The notes: a model not told the origin generated them from the letters alone. A stretch of DNA of 64,000 bases from an uncultured Alphaproteobacteria bacterium (GCA_951801825.1 CATOOF010000002.1:31058-95057); one strand, 5' to 3'. Counted from the first letter of the stretch, positions 48,490-58,014 are shown. A program made the numbers and translations.

Positions 48490-49341
48490 ATGGCATTGCC
48501 AACCTTTACAATGAAACAGCTGATGGAAGCTGGCGTTCACTTTGGTCACCACACACGTCGCTGGAATCCGCTGATGACACCGTACGTTTACGGCGTAAAA
48601 GATAAAATTCACATTATCAACTTGAACAAGACGGCACCGTTGTTGCATCGCAGTCTGGTCGCGCTGGAGGCTATTGCGGCCGCCGGCGGCAAGGTTCTGT
48701 TTGTTGCGACCAAGCACCAGGCAAAAGATATTGTTAAAGATGCGGCGGAACGCTGTGGCCAGTATTATGTTAACAACCGCTGGTTGGGTGGTATGCTGAC
48801 AAACTGGACAACGGTATCCCAGTCTATTCGTCGTCTGAAAAAGATGGAAGCAGACATTGAAAACGCGGACAAATTGGGGCTGACCAAGAAAGAAGTTGGC
48901 GTCATGACCAAGGAAGTTGAAAAACTGCGCAGCATTTTCGGCGGTATTCTGGAAATGCATGGCACACCCCAGGCGATGGTTGTAATCGATGTACCGCGTG
49001 AAATGAACGCCGTACGCGAGGCGAAAAACCTGGACATTCCGACGGTTGCAATCTGTGATACGAATGCGAATCCGGAAATGGTCGATTACCCGGTACCGGG
49101 CAACGACGATGCGGCCCGTGCGACCCAGCTGTACTGTGATTTGTTCGTAGATGCGATTTTGTCCGGTATTGAAAAGCGCCTGGGCGGCGTTGCCGGCAAG
49201 AAAGTAGAATCCGATATGAAGGCGGCGGCGGCCGATGATTTCGAATCGGAAACAAAAGAACGCGAAGCGCGCGCAAAGTCCAAAATGACCGAAGCCCGCG
49301 CAGAACGTCGCGGCAAATTGGCTGAAAAAGCGGATAAATAA
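48490..49341 (+). CDS. rpsB: 30S ribosomal protein S2
   Basis: LMEAGVHFGH..RWNP, RWLGGMLTNW, DTNANP..PGNDDA. Confidence 0.98.
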   Translation: MALPTFTMKQLMEAGVHFGHHTRRWNPLMTPYVYGVKDKIHIINLNKTAPLLHRSLVALEAIAAAGGKVLFVATKHQAKDIVKDAAERCGQYYVNNRWLGGMLTNWTTVSQSIRRLKKMEADIENADKLGLTKKEVGVMTKEVEKLRSIFGGILEMHGTPQAMVVIDVPREMNAVREAKNLDIPTVAICDTNANPEMVDYPVPGNDDAARATQLYCDLFVDAILSGIEKRLGGVAGKKVESDMKAAAADDFESETKEREARAKSKMTEARAERRGKLAEKADK

Positions 49342-49416
49342 TAATACCCTGTGGCGTCCGGGCGTATGTCCGGGCGCCGGCGGGAATATCAATCAAATAA
49401 TTAACGGGAGAAGACA

Positions 49417-50286
49417 ATGGCAGAAATAACAGCAAAATTGATTCAGCAACTGCGTGAAAAAACAGCCGCAGGTATGATGGATTGTAAGAAAGCGCTGACT
49501 GAAAATAACGGCGATATCGAGGCCGCTGCCGATTGGCTGCGCCAGAAGGGTATCGTAAAGGCCGCGTCCAAGGCGGGCCGCGTTGCGGCATCGGGCCTGG
49601 TTACGGTTGTAAAGTGCGACAACATGGGTTGCGTTGTTGAATTGAACGCGGAAACAGATTTCGTTGCAAAGAATGACAAGTTCCAGAAGTTGGTTGCGGA
49701 TGTTGCCGCACGCGCGCTGGAACTGAAGGGTGATTTTGATGCAACGCTTAGCGCGGTCAAGGACGACATTGCCGCCACGATTTCCACAATTGGTGAAAAC
49801 ATGAACCTGCGCCGTATCGCAAAGGTATCGGGCGACCATATCTATACATACGTTCATAATGCCATGGTTCCCGGCATGGGCCAGATTGGTGTTGCGGTTG
49901 CAATTGACGGCAATGGTGCGGGCATTGATGAAATTGGGCCGAAAATCGCGATGCATATTGCCGCGAACAAGCCGGAATTCATGACAATCGATGACGTTGA
50001 CCCGGCGGCGGTTGAACGCGAAAAGAAAGTGTTTATCGAATCGGGTGCCACCGCGGGCAAACCGGAAATGGTTGTTGAAAAAATGGTAGCGGGCCGTATT
50101 TCCAAATACTATGCGGAATCCGTACTGGAAGAACAGCCGTTCGTTATGGACCCGTCGAAAAAGGTTAAGGATGTTGTCGCCGAAGCGGGTGGAAAACTGG
50201 CCGGTTTTGCGTACTATGTCCTGGGCGAGGGTATCGAAAAGCAAGAAGATAACCTGGCCGACGAAGTCGCCAAGATGTTAGGATAA
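49417..50286 (+). CDS. tsf: Elongation factor Ts
   Basis: LREKTAAGMMDCKKAL, ELNAETDFVAKN, AMHIAA. Confidence 0.98.
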   Translation: MAEITAKLIQQLREKTAAGMMDCKKALTENNGDIEAAADWLRQKGIVKAASKAGRVAASGLVTVVKCDNMGCVVELNAETDFVAKNDKFQKLVADVAARALELKGDFDATLSAVKDDIAATISTIGENMNLRRIAKVSGDHIYTYVHNAMVPGMGQIGVAVAIDGNGAGIDEIGPKIAMHIAANKPEFMTIDDVDPAAVEREKKVFIESGATAGKPEMVVEKMVAGRISKYYAESVLEEQPFVMDPSKKVKDVVAEAGGKLAGFAYYVLGEGIEKQEDNLADEVAKMLG

Positions 50287-50357
50287 AGTAAGGCTTGGTG
50301 TTAGGAAAACAGATAAATCCGGTTTTTGCCGGATTTATTGTTGCAGTGGTGATTAGA

Positions 50358-50759
50358 ATGGAAAGTTATAAAGTAGGGGCGATAACGCCCAATGGACGTG
50401 GGGTTCTGAATGTGTGGTTGCGCAATGGTGGTATGGCGCCCGTGCATATTCCCGATGCGTATTTAGGATATCTAAAGCGTGGAATGCGCGTAATTGTGCA
50501 TCGTAATCGGGGTGGCACCGCGGTTGCATACAGCTTTGGCGGATATATGTATTTTAATATGATGCCAACCACGCGCGATACGGCGCATCAGTTTATTCAA
50601 AACTTTAAAGACATATACAGCGGCAGCCTGGACAGTTTGGTATTTAAGTATGAGCTGAACAAGGCCCTGCGCAAGTTAGAGATGCGCCCGACGCGCAGCC
50701 CGGTAACGAATATCATGCTGTATAAAGAGGCGCACCGAAAATATCAGGTGCAGCGCTAA
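50358..50759 (+). CDS. Hypothetical protein
   Basis: 133-aa ORF after the tsf terminator; no motif recognised. Confidence 0.65.
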   Translation: MESYKVGAITPNGRGVLNVWLRNGGMAPVHIPDAYLGYLKRGMRVIVHRNRGGTAVAYSFGGYMYFNMMPTTRDTAHQFIQNFKDIYSGSLDSLVFKYELNKALRKLEMRPTRSPVTNIMLYKEAHRKYQVQR

Positions 50760-50784
50760 CGCGGCGTGTCGGCTTGATTATTTT

Positions 50785-50961
50785 CCCGGCGGCAATGCGG
50801 CCCGGTACCAGCACCAGAGCCGGGGATAGCGCCGCCGGGCCATACAGTGTAAGACATTAAGGGGTCGGGGCCCGATACCGTTTCTGTGATTGGAGATGAG
50901 AAGACGGTAAAACAGGCCCCGACATTTATTTTTTACCCACGGATAAATATTTTATTTCCAC
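50785..50961. repeat. 177-bp two-hairpin element E, copy 2
   Basis: Identical to 30752-30928. Confidence 0.9.
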
Positions 50962-50982
50962 TAACAAACATTCCCGCCGATA

Positions 50983-51157
50983 AAAAATGAACCGCTGTAA
51001 AATTTAAGCGGTTGGAGGTTAACAACTATATTAAGGTATAGCCCAGTTCATTCAAGTATATCACTGGCCTCCAACCAAAGAAGTTAGAGTTTTATCACGC
51101 CCCGGCGTGTTTCCTTAATAAGAGGTTGTTATGCCTCGCACTAACATCGTTAGTGCA
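50983..51157 (-). ncRNA. Structured X/Y ncRNA, unit B1
   Basis: Promoter TTGCGC-17-TATTAT (51191-51163); GTTGTTA 51125-31 vs TAACAAC 51020-26; CCTTAAT 51113-19 vs ATTAAGG 51030-36; stem 51010-51076. Confidence 0.8.
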
Positions 51158-51206
51158 GATGAATAATATCATATATATAAATGCGGCGCAAGAAAAAAAT
51201 AAATGC

Positions 51207-51383
51207 AAAAACCACTCAATGGAAAATAGGTGGGGTGGGAGAATAACAATCACTATTAAGAATGACGCAGTTTATTGGTTATTCACTGCTCTCCAACCCC
51301 AGAACATCCAGAGTCAATCATACCTTGGTATGATAATCTTAATAATAGGTTGTTATGCCTAATACCGACAACACATCGATACA
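51207..51383 (-). ncRNA. Structured X/Y ncRNA, unit B2
   Basis: Promoter TTGAAA-17-TATAAT (51418-51390); TTGTTAT 51350-56 vs ATAACAA 51243-49; TCTTAATA 51337-44 vs TATTAAGA 51254-61; stem 51232-51300. Confidence 0.8.
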
Positions 51384-51423
51384 TAGGTAATTATACATAA
51401 GATTTTATAGGATTTCAATATAT

Positions 51424-51584
51424 AAAAAGTGGTTGGAGGTTCTAAACTAACATAAGATTAGCGGATTTATTGAGCCAAAGGCTTTATTCATCGCCCTCCA
51501 ACCCCGTGGTTACCAGAGTTTTATCATAATAATATGCTATGTGAAATGGGTTTAGAAGCCCAATACCGACAACACATCGATACA
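51424..51584 (-). ncRNA. Structured X/Y ncRNA, unit B3
   Basis: Promoter TTGAAA-17-TATAAC (51619-51591); GTTTAGAA 51550-57 vs TTCTAAAC 51440-47; TATGT 51538-42 vs ACATA 51450-54; stem 51431-51503. Confidence 0.75.
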
Positions 51585-51692
51585 TAGGTAGTTATACATA
51601 AGATTTTGTAGGATTTCAATATATTTAAACATCTGAAAAAGTTGCGTGGACGCTAAAAAGCTGATATCATTTGGGCAAAAGGGATTTTAGGT

Positions 51693-52907
51693 ATGCAAAA
51701 CGAGCTGTTGCGCGAGTTGACTGCGCGCGGATTTATAAATCAGGTGTCTAATATCGATGCGCTGAACGATGCGCTGAATGCAGGCCGGATTGCCGCATAT
51801 TTGGGGTCGGACCCGACGGCGGATTCTCTGCATGTGGGGCACTTGGTGCCTGTGATGATGATGCGGTGGCTGCAAAAATACGGGCATCGGCCAATTATGC
51901 TGGTCGGTGGCGCAACGGGGCGCATCGGCGACCCGTCGGGCCGTGATAGCGGGCGCCCCATGATGACAGAAGAAGTGCTGGCTCATAATATTGCAGGACT
52001 TAAAAAGTCTTATTCTAAATTTTTTCGTTTTGGCGACGGTGCGTCCGATGCCATTATGGTTGATAACTATGACTGGATGAAGGGGTATTCCCATCTGGAT
52101 TTCCTGCGGGATTTTGGTACTGATTTTACCGTGCCGCGCATGCTTAGCATGGAAAGCGTAAAGCGTCGTCTGGAGACGGGAATGACGTTTCTGGAGTTTA
52201 ACTATATGACGTTCCAGGCGGTCGATTTCCTGACGCTTTATAAAGATTATGGCTGTATATTGCAGACATGTGGTGCAGACCAGTGGGGCAACGCCATTAT
52301 GGGGATAGAGCTGATACGTAAAAAGCTGGGGAAAGAGGCGTTCGTTCTGTCCACGTCGCTGATTACCGATTCTAATGGTAAAAAGATTGGGAAATCGGCC
52401 GGAAATGCTATCTGGGTGAACGAAGATAAAACATCCCCTTATGAATACTATCAATATTTCCGCAATACGCCGGATGATTTGGTGGAAAAGTTTTTGAAAA
52501 TATTTACGGAAATCCCACTGGCCGAGATTGAGCGCCTGGCGGCGCTAAAAGGGGCCGAGCTGAACGAGGCTAAGAAGATTTTGGCCTATGCCGCGACAGA
52601 GATTGCGCATGGCACCGCGGCGGCGGATGCGGCGGCGGATGCGGCGGCGGCGCTGTTCGGCGGCGGGGCCGATATGTCAAATGCACCGTCTGTGGAATTG
52701 CCGATGAATGCACCAATGGGGGTTGTGGATTTTCTGTGCGCGGCGGGGCTGTTCCCGTCTAAGTCAGAGGCACGCCGCATGGTAGAGCAGGGTGGCATCC
52801 AAATAGACGGCGTAAAAATAACCGACCCGCGCGCCATGATTGCCCCGGCGTGCGATATCATGGTTCAAAAGGGCAAGAAAACCTTCCTGCGGGTGATGTG
52901 TAAATAA
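51693..52907 (+). CDS. tyrS: Tyrosine--tRNA ligase
   Basis: DPTADSLHVGH, GGATGRIGDPSG, EFNYMTFQAVD, GADQWGN, KIGKS, S4-like C-terminus. Confidence 0.98.
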   Translation: MQNELLRELTARGFINQVSNIDALNDALNAGRIAAYLGSDPTADSLHVGHLVPVMMMRWLQKYGHRPIMLVGGATGRIGDPSGRDSGRPMMTEEVLAHNIAGLKKSYSKFFRFGDGASDAIMVDNYDWMKGYSHLDFLRDFGTDFTVPRMLSMESVKRRLETGMTFLEFNYMTFQAVDFLTLYKDYGCILQTCGADQWGNAIMGIELIRKKLGKEAFVLSTSLITDSNGKKIGKSAGNAIWVNEDKTSPYEYYQYFRNTPDDLVEKFLKIFTEIPLAEIERLAALKGAELNEAKKILAYAATEIAHGTAAADAAADAAAALFGGGADMSNAPSVELPMNAPMGVVDFLCAAGLFPSKSEARRMVEQGGIQIDGVKITDPRAMIAPACDIMVQKGKKTFLRVMCK

Positions 52908-53983
52908 TGCGGCGCTGGGCGATAATCTTTGCAGCATTTGTAACGATTGCCGGCCCGGCAATGGGGGCCAGTGAACTGGCTAAAATCAATGCCCAGATAA
53001 AGCAGACCGAACAGCAGGATAAAAAACTGGCCCAGCAGGTAAAAACATCCGAGCGTGATGTTGCCGCAACGAAAAAGAAGCTGGTCCGGGCCGCCGACCA
53101 GGTCAGTACACTGGAAGAGCAACGCGGCGCCATCGCAAAAAAAATAGCCGAACTGGACGATAAAATAGAAAAACTGTCGGCGGAAATTGACCGCAACAAA
53201 GGCCGCATCGCAGATGCCGCCGCCAGCGTTTTATTCGTTGCATCGCATCCCAGCTTTGATACCGAAGATATGCGGCAATACGCACTAGTATCGTCCGTGC
53301 TGTCGGGGGCTGCAATCAGCTTTGATGAAGAAATGCGCCGCGCCGAAGAGCAGATAAAACAGCTTAGCGAGATGCGTGACGCGCGCGCGATTGAAAAGGA
53401 AAAACTGGACCGGACGGCGAAAAAATATGCCGCTGAAAAGACGCAACTGGACAAACTGTTGCGCCAGCGCGCGGCCCAGAATGAAAAGCTTAAAAATGAA
53501 CAAATGGCGGTTCGCAAAAAGCTGCGCGATTTGTCCGCGCGTGCGAAAAATATATCCGAACTGTCCGCAGGCGTGGGGAGTTCCAAGATGTCATCCGATG
53601 CGCGTTTTTCACGGCGAAAACTGAATACACCTGTGCGCGGGCGCCTGGTTGTGCGATTTGGCGAGAAGACGGCCCTGGGGCTGAATTCGGATGGATGGCG
53701 CATACGTACGCGTGGCGATGCACTGGTTATGGCGCCCGCCGACGGCGAGGTAAAGTTCGCCGACAGCTTTCGCGGATTTGGCAAGGTTATCATTATGTCG
53801 CATAAAAACGGATATAATACTGTTATGACAAATCTGGGGCAGATTGATGCTGTTATCGGCCAGGATGTTCTGGCGGGGGAGCCGATTGGACGTATGGACC
53901 CCAACAAGCCGGAGATGTATCTGGAGGTGCGCCGCGGCAACAAGGCTGTGGACCCGGCCAATATGTTTAAGGAGCCGGACTAA
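52907..53983 (+). CDS. envC: EnvC-like murein hydrolase activator (coiled coil + degenerate M23)
   Basis: Signal peptide, long coiled coil, PVRGRLVVRFG, APADGEV, YLEVR without the HxxxD/HxH Zn ligands. Confidence 0.85.
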   Translation: MRRWAIIFAAFVTIAGPAMGASELAKINAQIKQTEQQDKKLAQQVKTSERDVAATKKKLVRAADQVSTLEEQRGAIAKKIAELDDKIEKLSAEIDRNKGRIADAAASVLFVASHPSFDTEDMRQYALVSSVLSGAAISFDEEMRRAEEQIKQLSEMRDARAIEKEKLDRTAKKYAAEKTQLDKLLRQRAAQNEKLKNEQMAVRKKLRDLSARAKNISELSAGVGSSKMSSDARFSRRKLNTPVRGRLVVRFGEKTALGLNSDGWRIRTRGDALVMAPADGEVKFADSFRGFGKVIIMSHKNGYNTVMTNLGQIDAVIGQDVLAGEPIGRMDPNKPEMYLEVRRGNKAVDPANMFKEPD

Positions 53984-53993
53984 GGCGTGCCTC

Positions 53994-54170
53994 TTGACAA
54001 AAAATGCTGTATGTGCTATATTTAATAGGTAAATAGTTGCGCACGAATAAAAGCCACCGTTTTGATTAGGCAACTGAAAAGACATAAAAAAGGCGGATTT
54101 TCGCGCGCAGACACAGGAATAAAAACAGCCACCAAAAACGGTGGTTTGGATTAGGCATATATTCCGGGAG
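53994..54170 (+). promoter_or_regulatory. Promoter and structured 5' leader of the APH-like gene
   Basis: TTGACA-17-TATATT (53994-54022); internal duplication and alternative pairings. Confidence 0.5.
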
Positions 54171-54179
54171 GATACGGAC

Positions 54180-55094
54180 ATGAAAGACATAGGAAAACTG
54201 CCGCATGGGCGCGAAAGTTATGTGTCTTACTATGGCGATTATGTTTTGAAACGGCCGCTGCCGTGGCTGGGGGATGATGCGCGTAATGCATGGCTGGCGA
54301 AACAGCACCGGACCAAGGATGCGATTGATTCTATTCGTGCGGTTAATAATCCTATCTATAATGTTCCGCAAATGCATTATATCAATGATGTGGAATACCA
54401 GATTTTGGAACAACGCGCGCAGGGTGTGCCCCTGACCGCACAGTTGTTTAATGGTCTGACACGACGCCAGCAGGTAGAGATTGTAAACAGCATCGCCAGC
54501 TTTTTAGTCGATATGAATGAATCGCGTCCGGTAGAGGACTGGCGCCGGCATAAAATTGCAGACGAGCTGAAGTTTGCGCGTCTAGAGAACTTTATAGGCG
54601 GGAAAATGGCGCGTTTTTTTACCGACGGCGAAGTGCGATATATGGCCGGTATCTGTGACGAGATTGGTAAATTTGAATATGAAACACGACCCGTTTGGTC
54701 GCATTGTGATTTAAATCCAGGCAATGTTTTGTATGATGCACGAACCAGCCGTCTGTCATTTATTGACTTTGCGGAGGCGAACTATCGCTTTGTTTATCGT
54801 GATATTTTTTCGCCTGTTTCAATGGAGCTGGGGGTTGGGCGTCGCATTTACGATGCGTACAAGGAAATACATAACGACGACCTTTATGATATGCCGGATG
54901 CCAATAATCCAAATATTCAGAAAATTATGAAGTTTAGACTGATGACGGTTCTGTTGCGTCGCTTTATAAAGGCGTCGGACGATTTGCGTGTGAATCCCGC
55001 CAACGAAAAAAGTGTTTATAACAATGCTAAAAAAGTTGATTTTATGCGTGATTTAATGGCAAAACTCAAAGAGATAGAGGCGCCAGCCAAATAG
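54180..55094 (+). CDS. Aminoglycoside phosphotransferase/choline kinase-like (APH) protein
   Basis: GGAGG RBS; YVLKR, HCDLNPGNVL, FIDFAEA. Confidence 0.88.
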   Translation: MKDIGKLPHGRESYVSYYGDYVLKRPLPWLGDDARNAWLAKQHRTKDAIDSIRAVNNPIYNVPQMHYINDVEYQILEQRAQGVPLTAQLFNGLTRRQQVEIVNSIASFLVDMNESRPVEDWRRHKIADELKFARLENFIGGKMARFFTDGEVRYMAGICDEIGKFEYETRPVWSHCDLNPGNVLYDARTSRLSFIDFAEANYRFVYRDIFSPVSMELGVGRRIYDAYKEIHNDDLYDMPDANNPNIQKIMKFRLMTVLLRRFIKASDDLRVNPANEKSVYNNAKKVDFMRDLMAKLKEIEAPAK

Positions 55095-55135
55095 TAATAG
55101 AGCCAATAAAAACGCCGGAATCTTTCCGGCGTTTT

Positions 55136-55846
55136 TTATTTCGAGCGTTGGCGCCCCATGGCCGCGATTTGCAACAGCCGATTTTCAATATTGTTTTGGG
55201 TGCGGCGCATTACTTCCAGGAATATCTGTTCGTAATAGTTCTTTTGATTTTTGTTTTTTATCGCATCAATATACATTTCGCGGTCGCCCGGCTCGCTGAA
55301 AAATATAGGGGTCAGACCGTTTTGAATCAGATAACCGTTCATGATTGTACGGGCGGTGCGCTTGTTAAAATCTGCAAAAGGCTGAATGGAAACGATTTCA
55401 TAATGTATCTGGAGTGCGGTGCGCAGCGGGTCGTTCGACGGTTGACCCAACGTGTAATACACGTTGTCCATCCGCTCATAGATTTCATTGAACTGAGGCA
55501 CTTCGATATTAAGTGAACTTAAATCCACAGGGCGCGTGCGCATTGCGCCGCCGGGAACCTCGGTGCCGCGACAAATTAACTGATGTATTGTGCGGACGGT
55601 GGCGGCGTCAAACGTTTCGTTGTTGTGCAGCAAAATGTAATCCATCGCGCGCGCCAGGCAGTTTTTGCGCATTTTGTTTTCGTTACTGTGAATAAAGTAA
55701 TCGCTGGATTTCGGGCATAATGCCTGATTTTCGCGGATAAGCTGGCTTTTCAAAAATTGAGGATAGGCCAGCCAATAAACCGGACTGCTTAGCGTCTCGT
55801 ATATGTCGCGGCTGTTTGTTTTTATTCTTGCTTTTAGTTTTCTCAT
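55136..55846 (-). CDS. Fic/Doc-family protein with a non-canonical active site
   Basis: IHQLI..GGAMRT, HYEIVSIQPFADFNKRTARTIMN. Confidence 0.88.
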   Translation of the reverse strand: MRKLKARIKTNSRDIYETLSSPVYWLAYPQFLKSQLIRENQALCPKSSDYFIHSNENKMRKNCLARAMDYILLHNNETFDAATVRTIHQLICRGTEVPGGAMRTRPVDLSSLNIEVPQFNEIYERMDNVYYTLGQPSNDPLRTALQIHYEIVSIQPFADFNKRTARTIMNGYLIQNGLTPIFFSEPGDREMYIDAIKNKNQKNYYEQIFLEVMRRTQNNIENRLLQIAAMGRQRSK

Positions 55847-56000
55847 GGTGGTCTCGGTTCTTTATACTAAAATTATAGTCCAAAAATAATATTTGTCAAT
55901 GTTTTTTGTGAAAAACACACTTGCGATGCGACCGTTTTTGTTTTAAGCTTTGCTTACAAGTATTTGTTATGGCGTAGTATAGGAAAGGTAAGGGGATAAA

Positions 56001-57458
56001 ATGCTTAAAAAGTTACTGGTTTTGTTGGTTATGGCCGTGCCTGTGGCCGGGATTTGTGCACCAGGGGGGAACAAGAAAAAAGAAGAACCGGTTGTTCATT
56101 TGACGGATGAACAGATTTATGAAGAGCTGAAAAAACTGGCCATGGTGTTTGAGGTGGCCCGCGAAAACTTTGTAGAAGAGGCAGACGAGAAAAAAATGCT
56201 GGAAGGTGCCATGAACGGCATGCTGGGGGCGCTGGACCCGCATTCTTCGTATCTGTCGGCGGATGATTTCAAGGACTTTAACGACAAATCGCATGGAGAA
56301 TTTGGCGGCCTGGGGATTCAAATAACCAGCGACCGCGGCGCGGTGCGCGTAATTGCGCCTATTGATGACACACCGGCGGAAAAGGCGGGAATAAAGGCTG
56401 GGGACTATATCACTCATATTGATAACGAACAGGTATTTGACATGACCCTGAACCAGGCGACGCAAAAAATGAAAGGGCGCCCCGGAACAAAGGTTAAGCT
56501 AAAGGTTGTCTCAGATGGACAGGAACCGCGCGATGTTACCCTGAAACGTGCAATTATTAAGGTAAAATCAGTCAAGTATGAGGATAAACAACTGGCGGAT
56601 GACGATTCTGAAAATCCGGATAAAATTGGTTATATTCGTATATCTGATTTTGGTGCGACAACCACCAAGGAGCTGAAAGAGGCGATTGATGCGCTGGAAA
56701 AGAAAAATGTAATAGGATATGTTTTGGATGTTCGCAACAATCCGGGTGGATATCTGACGGCGGCGATTGATGTATCTGATGCATTCTTGGACGGTGGGGA
56801 AATAGTATCTACCCGTGGCAAGGGCAAAACGGATATAGAGCGCAGTTTTGCAAAACCCGGTGATCGTACAAATGGAAAGCCAATAGTTGTTTTGATAAAC
56901 CATGGCTCTGCATCGGCGTCTGAAATTGTGGCGGGGGCACTGCAGGATAATGGGCGTGCGCTGGTTATGGGATCCCAGTCTTTTGGCAAGGGCAGTGTTC
57001 AGCAGCAAAAACCGCTGGGGGATGGTACCGCGATACATATTACAATCGCAAGATATTATACGCCATCGGGGCGCTCTATCCAGAACGAGGGCATAACCCC
57101 GGATATAGAGGTTTTGCACAGTAAAGTAGAGGTTCTTGAAAAGAAAGAGAGCATGTATTCTGAGGCGTCATTTAAAAATTCATTGAAAAATGAAACGGCT
57201 AAAAAGAAGGCTGACAAGAAAGACAAGGATGACGAACAGAAAGAAGAGCTTAGCGATGAGGAAAAAGATGCGCTGGATTATCAGTTGCAACGCGGAATGG
57301 ACATGGTGCGTGCCATGGCAAAAATGAAAGCACGCGCCGTTGTGGTGCCCGTTGGCGCAACCGGAGAACAGATGTCTACCGATGGCAAGGGCGACAAGCC
57401 GGCCCCAGACAGCGATATGCGTGCCGAGAACAAGGAATCAGAAACAAAGAAAAAGTAA
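56001..57458 (+). CDS. ctpA: S41 C-terminal processing peptidase
   Basis: LDPHSSYL, FGGLGI PDZ, DVRNNPGG, SASASEIVAGALQD, SFGKGSVQ, YYTPSG. Confidence 0.95.
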   Translation: MLKKLLVLLVMAVPVAGICAPGGNKKKEEPVVHLTDEQIYEELKKLAMVFEVARENFVEEADEKKMLEGAMNGMLGALDPHSSYLSADDFKDFNDKSHGEFGGLGIQITSDRGAVRVIAPIDDTPAEKAGIKAGDYITHIDNEQVFDMTLNQATQKMKGRPGTKVKLKVVSDGQEPRDVTLKRAIIKVKSVKYEDKQLADDDSENPDKIGYIRISDFGATTTKELKEAIDALEKKNVIGYVLDVRNNPGGYLTAAIDVSDAFLDGGEIVSTRGKGKTDIERSFAKPGDRTNGKPIVVLINHGSASASEIVAGALQDNGRALVMGSQSFGKGSVQQQKPLGDGTAIHITIARYYTPSGRSIQNEGITPDIEVLHSKVEVLEKKESMYSEASFKNSLKNETAKKKADKKDKDDEQKEELSDEEKDALDYQLQRGMDMVRAMAKMKARAVVVPVGATGEQMSTDGKGDKPAPDSDMRAENKESETKKK

Positions 57459-57480
57459 AAAACGGGGATTTTCCCCGTTT

Positions 57481-58014
57481 TTATCTGGTTTTTATTAAAC
57501 CGTTGCTTAAAAATACCGTATCGCAAATATTGTGTTTCAGGGCGTGGTCCGGCGATATGATTATTGGATTGTCGGTTATAATTTCAGTACGCTTCTTCTG
57601 GATATTGTATGATGCGGGATAGTAATAATGGTATCCTGTGTCGTATAAGTTCCGGAAACCGGGTGTTGCAATATGTTTTATCAACCAACCCGCCCAGCTG
57701 TTTAGGCATATGGGTTCTACAACATTGGTTTCAATAATGATTCCATAATGCCGTGCCAGGTTCAGCAGTTTGAAAAAACGCTCTGACTGACTTGTGTATT
57801 CTTTTGTGTCGGGGCACCCCAGATTTATATGAATGACGGGCATCTGGGTACCGCCACGGCGTTTAATTTCCGCCGCCAGATTTATTTTCTGGTCCAGCAT
57901 TTCCGATATGGCATTGTAAAAGCGATAGCGGTTTGTATAGTTGATTGTATCCATAACATCAATATTGTCGTGCCATACATCGTTTTTGTTGGTTTTGTCA
58001 AAGGGTCTTTTCAT
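57481..58014 (-). CDS. Hypothetical protein, degenerate ClpP-like
   Basis: PVIHINLG, IETNVV..NSWAGWLI..TPGFR, ISPDHALKHNICDTV resemble ClpP blocks. Confidence 0.6.
   Translation of the reverse strand: MKRPFDKTNKNDVWHDNIDVMDTINYTNRYRFYNAISEMLDQKINLAAEIKRRGGTQMPVIHINLGCPDTKEYTSQSERFFKLLNLARHYGIIIETNVVEPICLNSWAGWLIKHIATPGFRNLYDTGYHYYYPASYNIQKKRTEIITDNPIIISPDHALKHNICDTVFLSNGLIKTR

Noticed and set aside
48373-50244. Long minus-strand ORFs opposite rpsB/tsf (likewise opposite tyrS, envC, nifJ)
   Set aside because: Antisense shadows of conserved, codon-biased genes.
51424-51692. T-box riboswitch upstream of tyrS
   Set aside because: The structured units are on the opposite strand with their own divergent promoters; no T-box UGGNACC bulge or specifier layout was seen.
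52615-52652. GCGGCGGCGGAT tandem repeats in tyrS and poly-Gly codon runs in the S8-like genes
   Set aside because: In-frame low-complexity Ala/Asp or Gly coding; no sign of a phase-variable tract.
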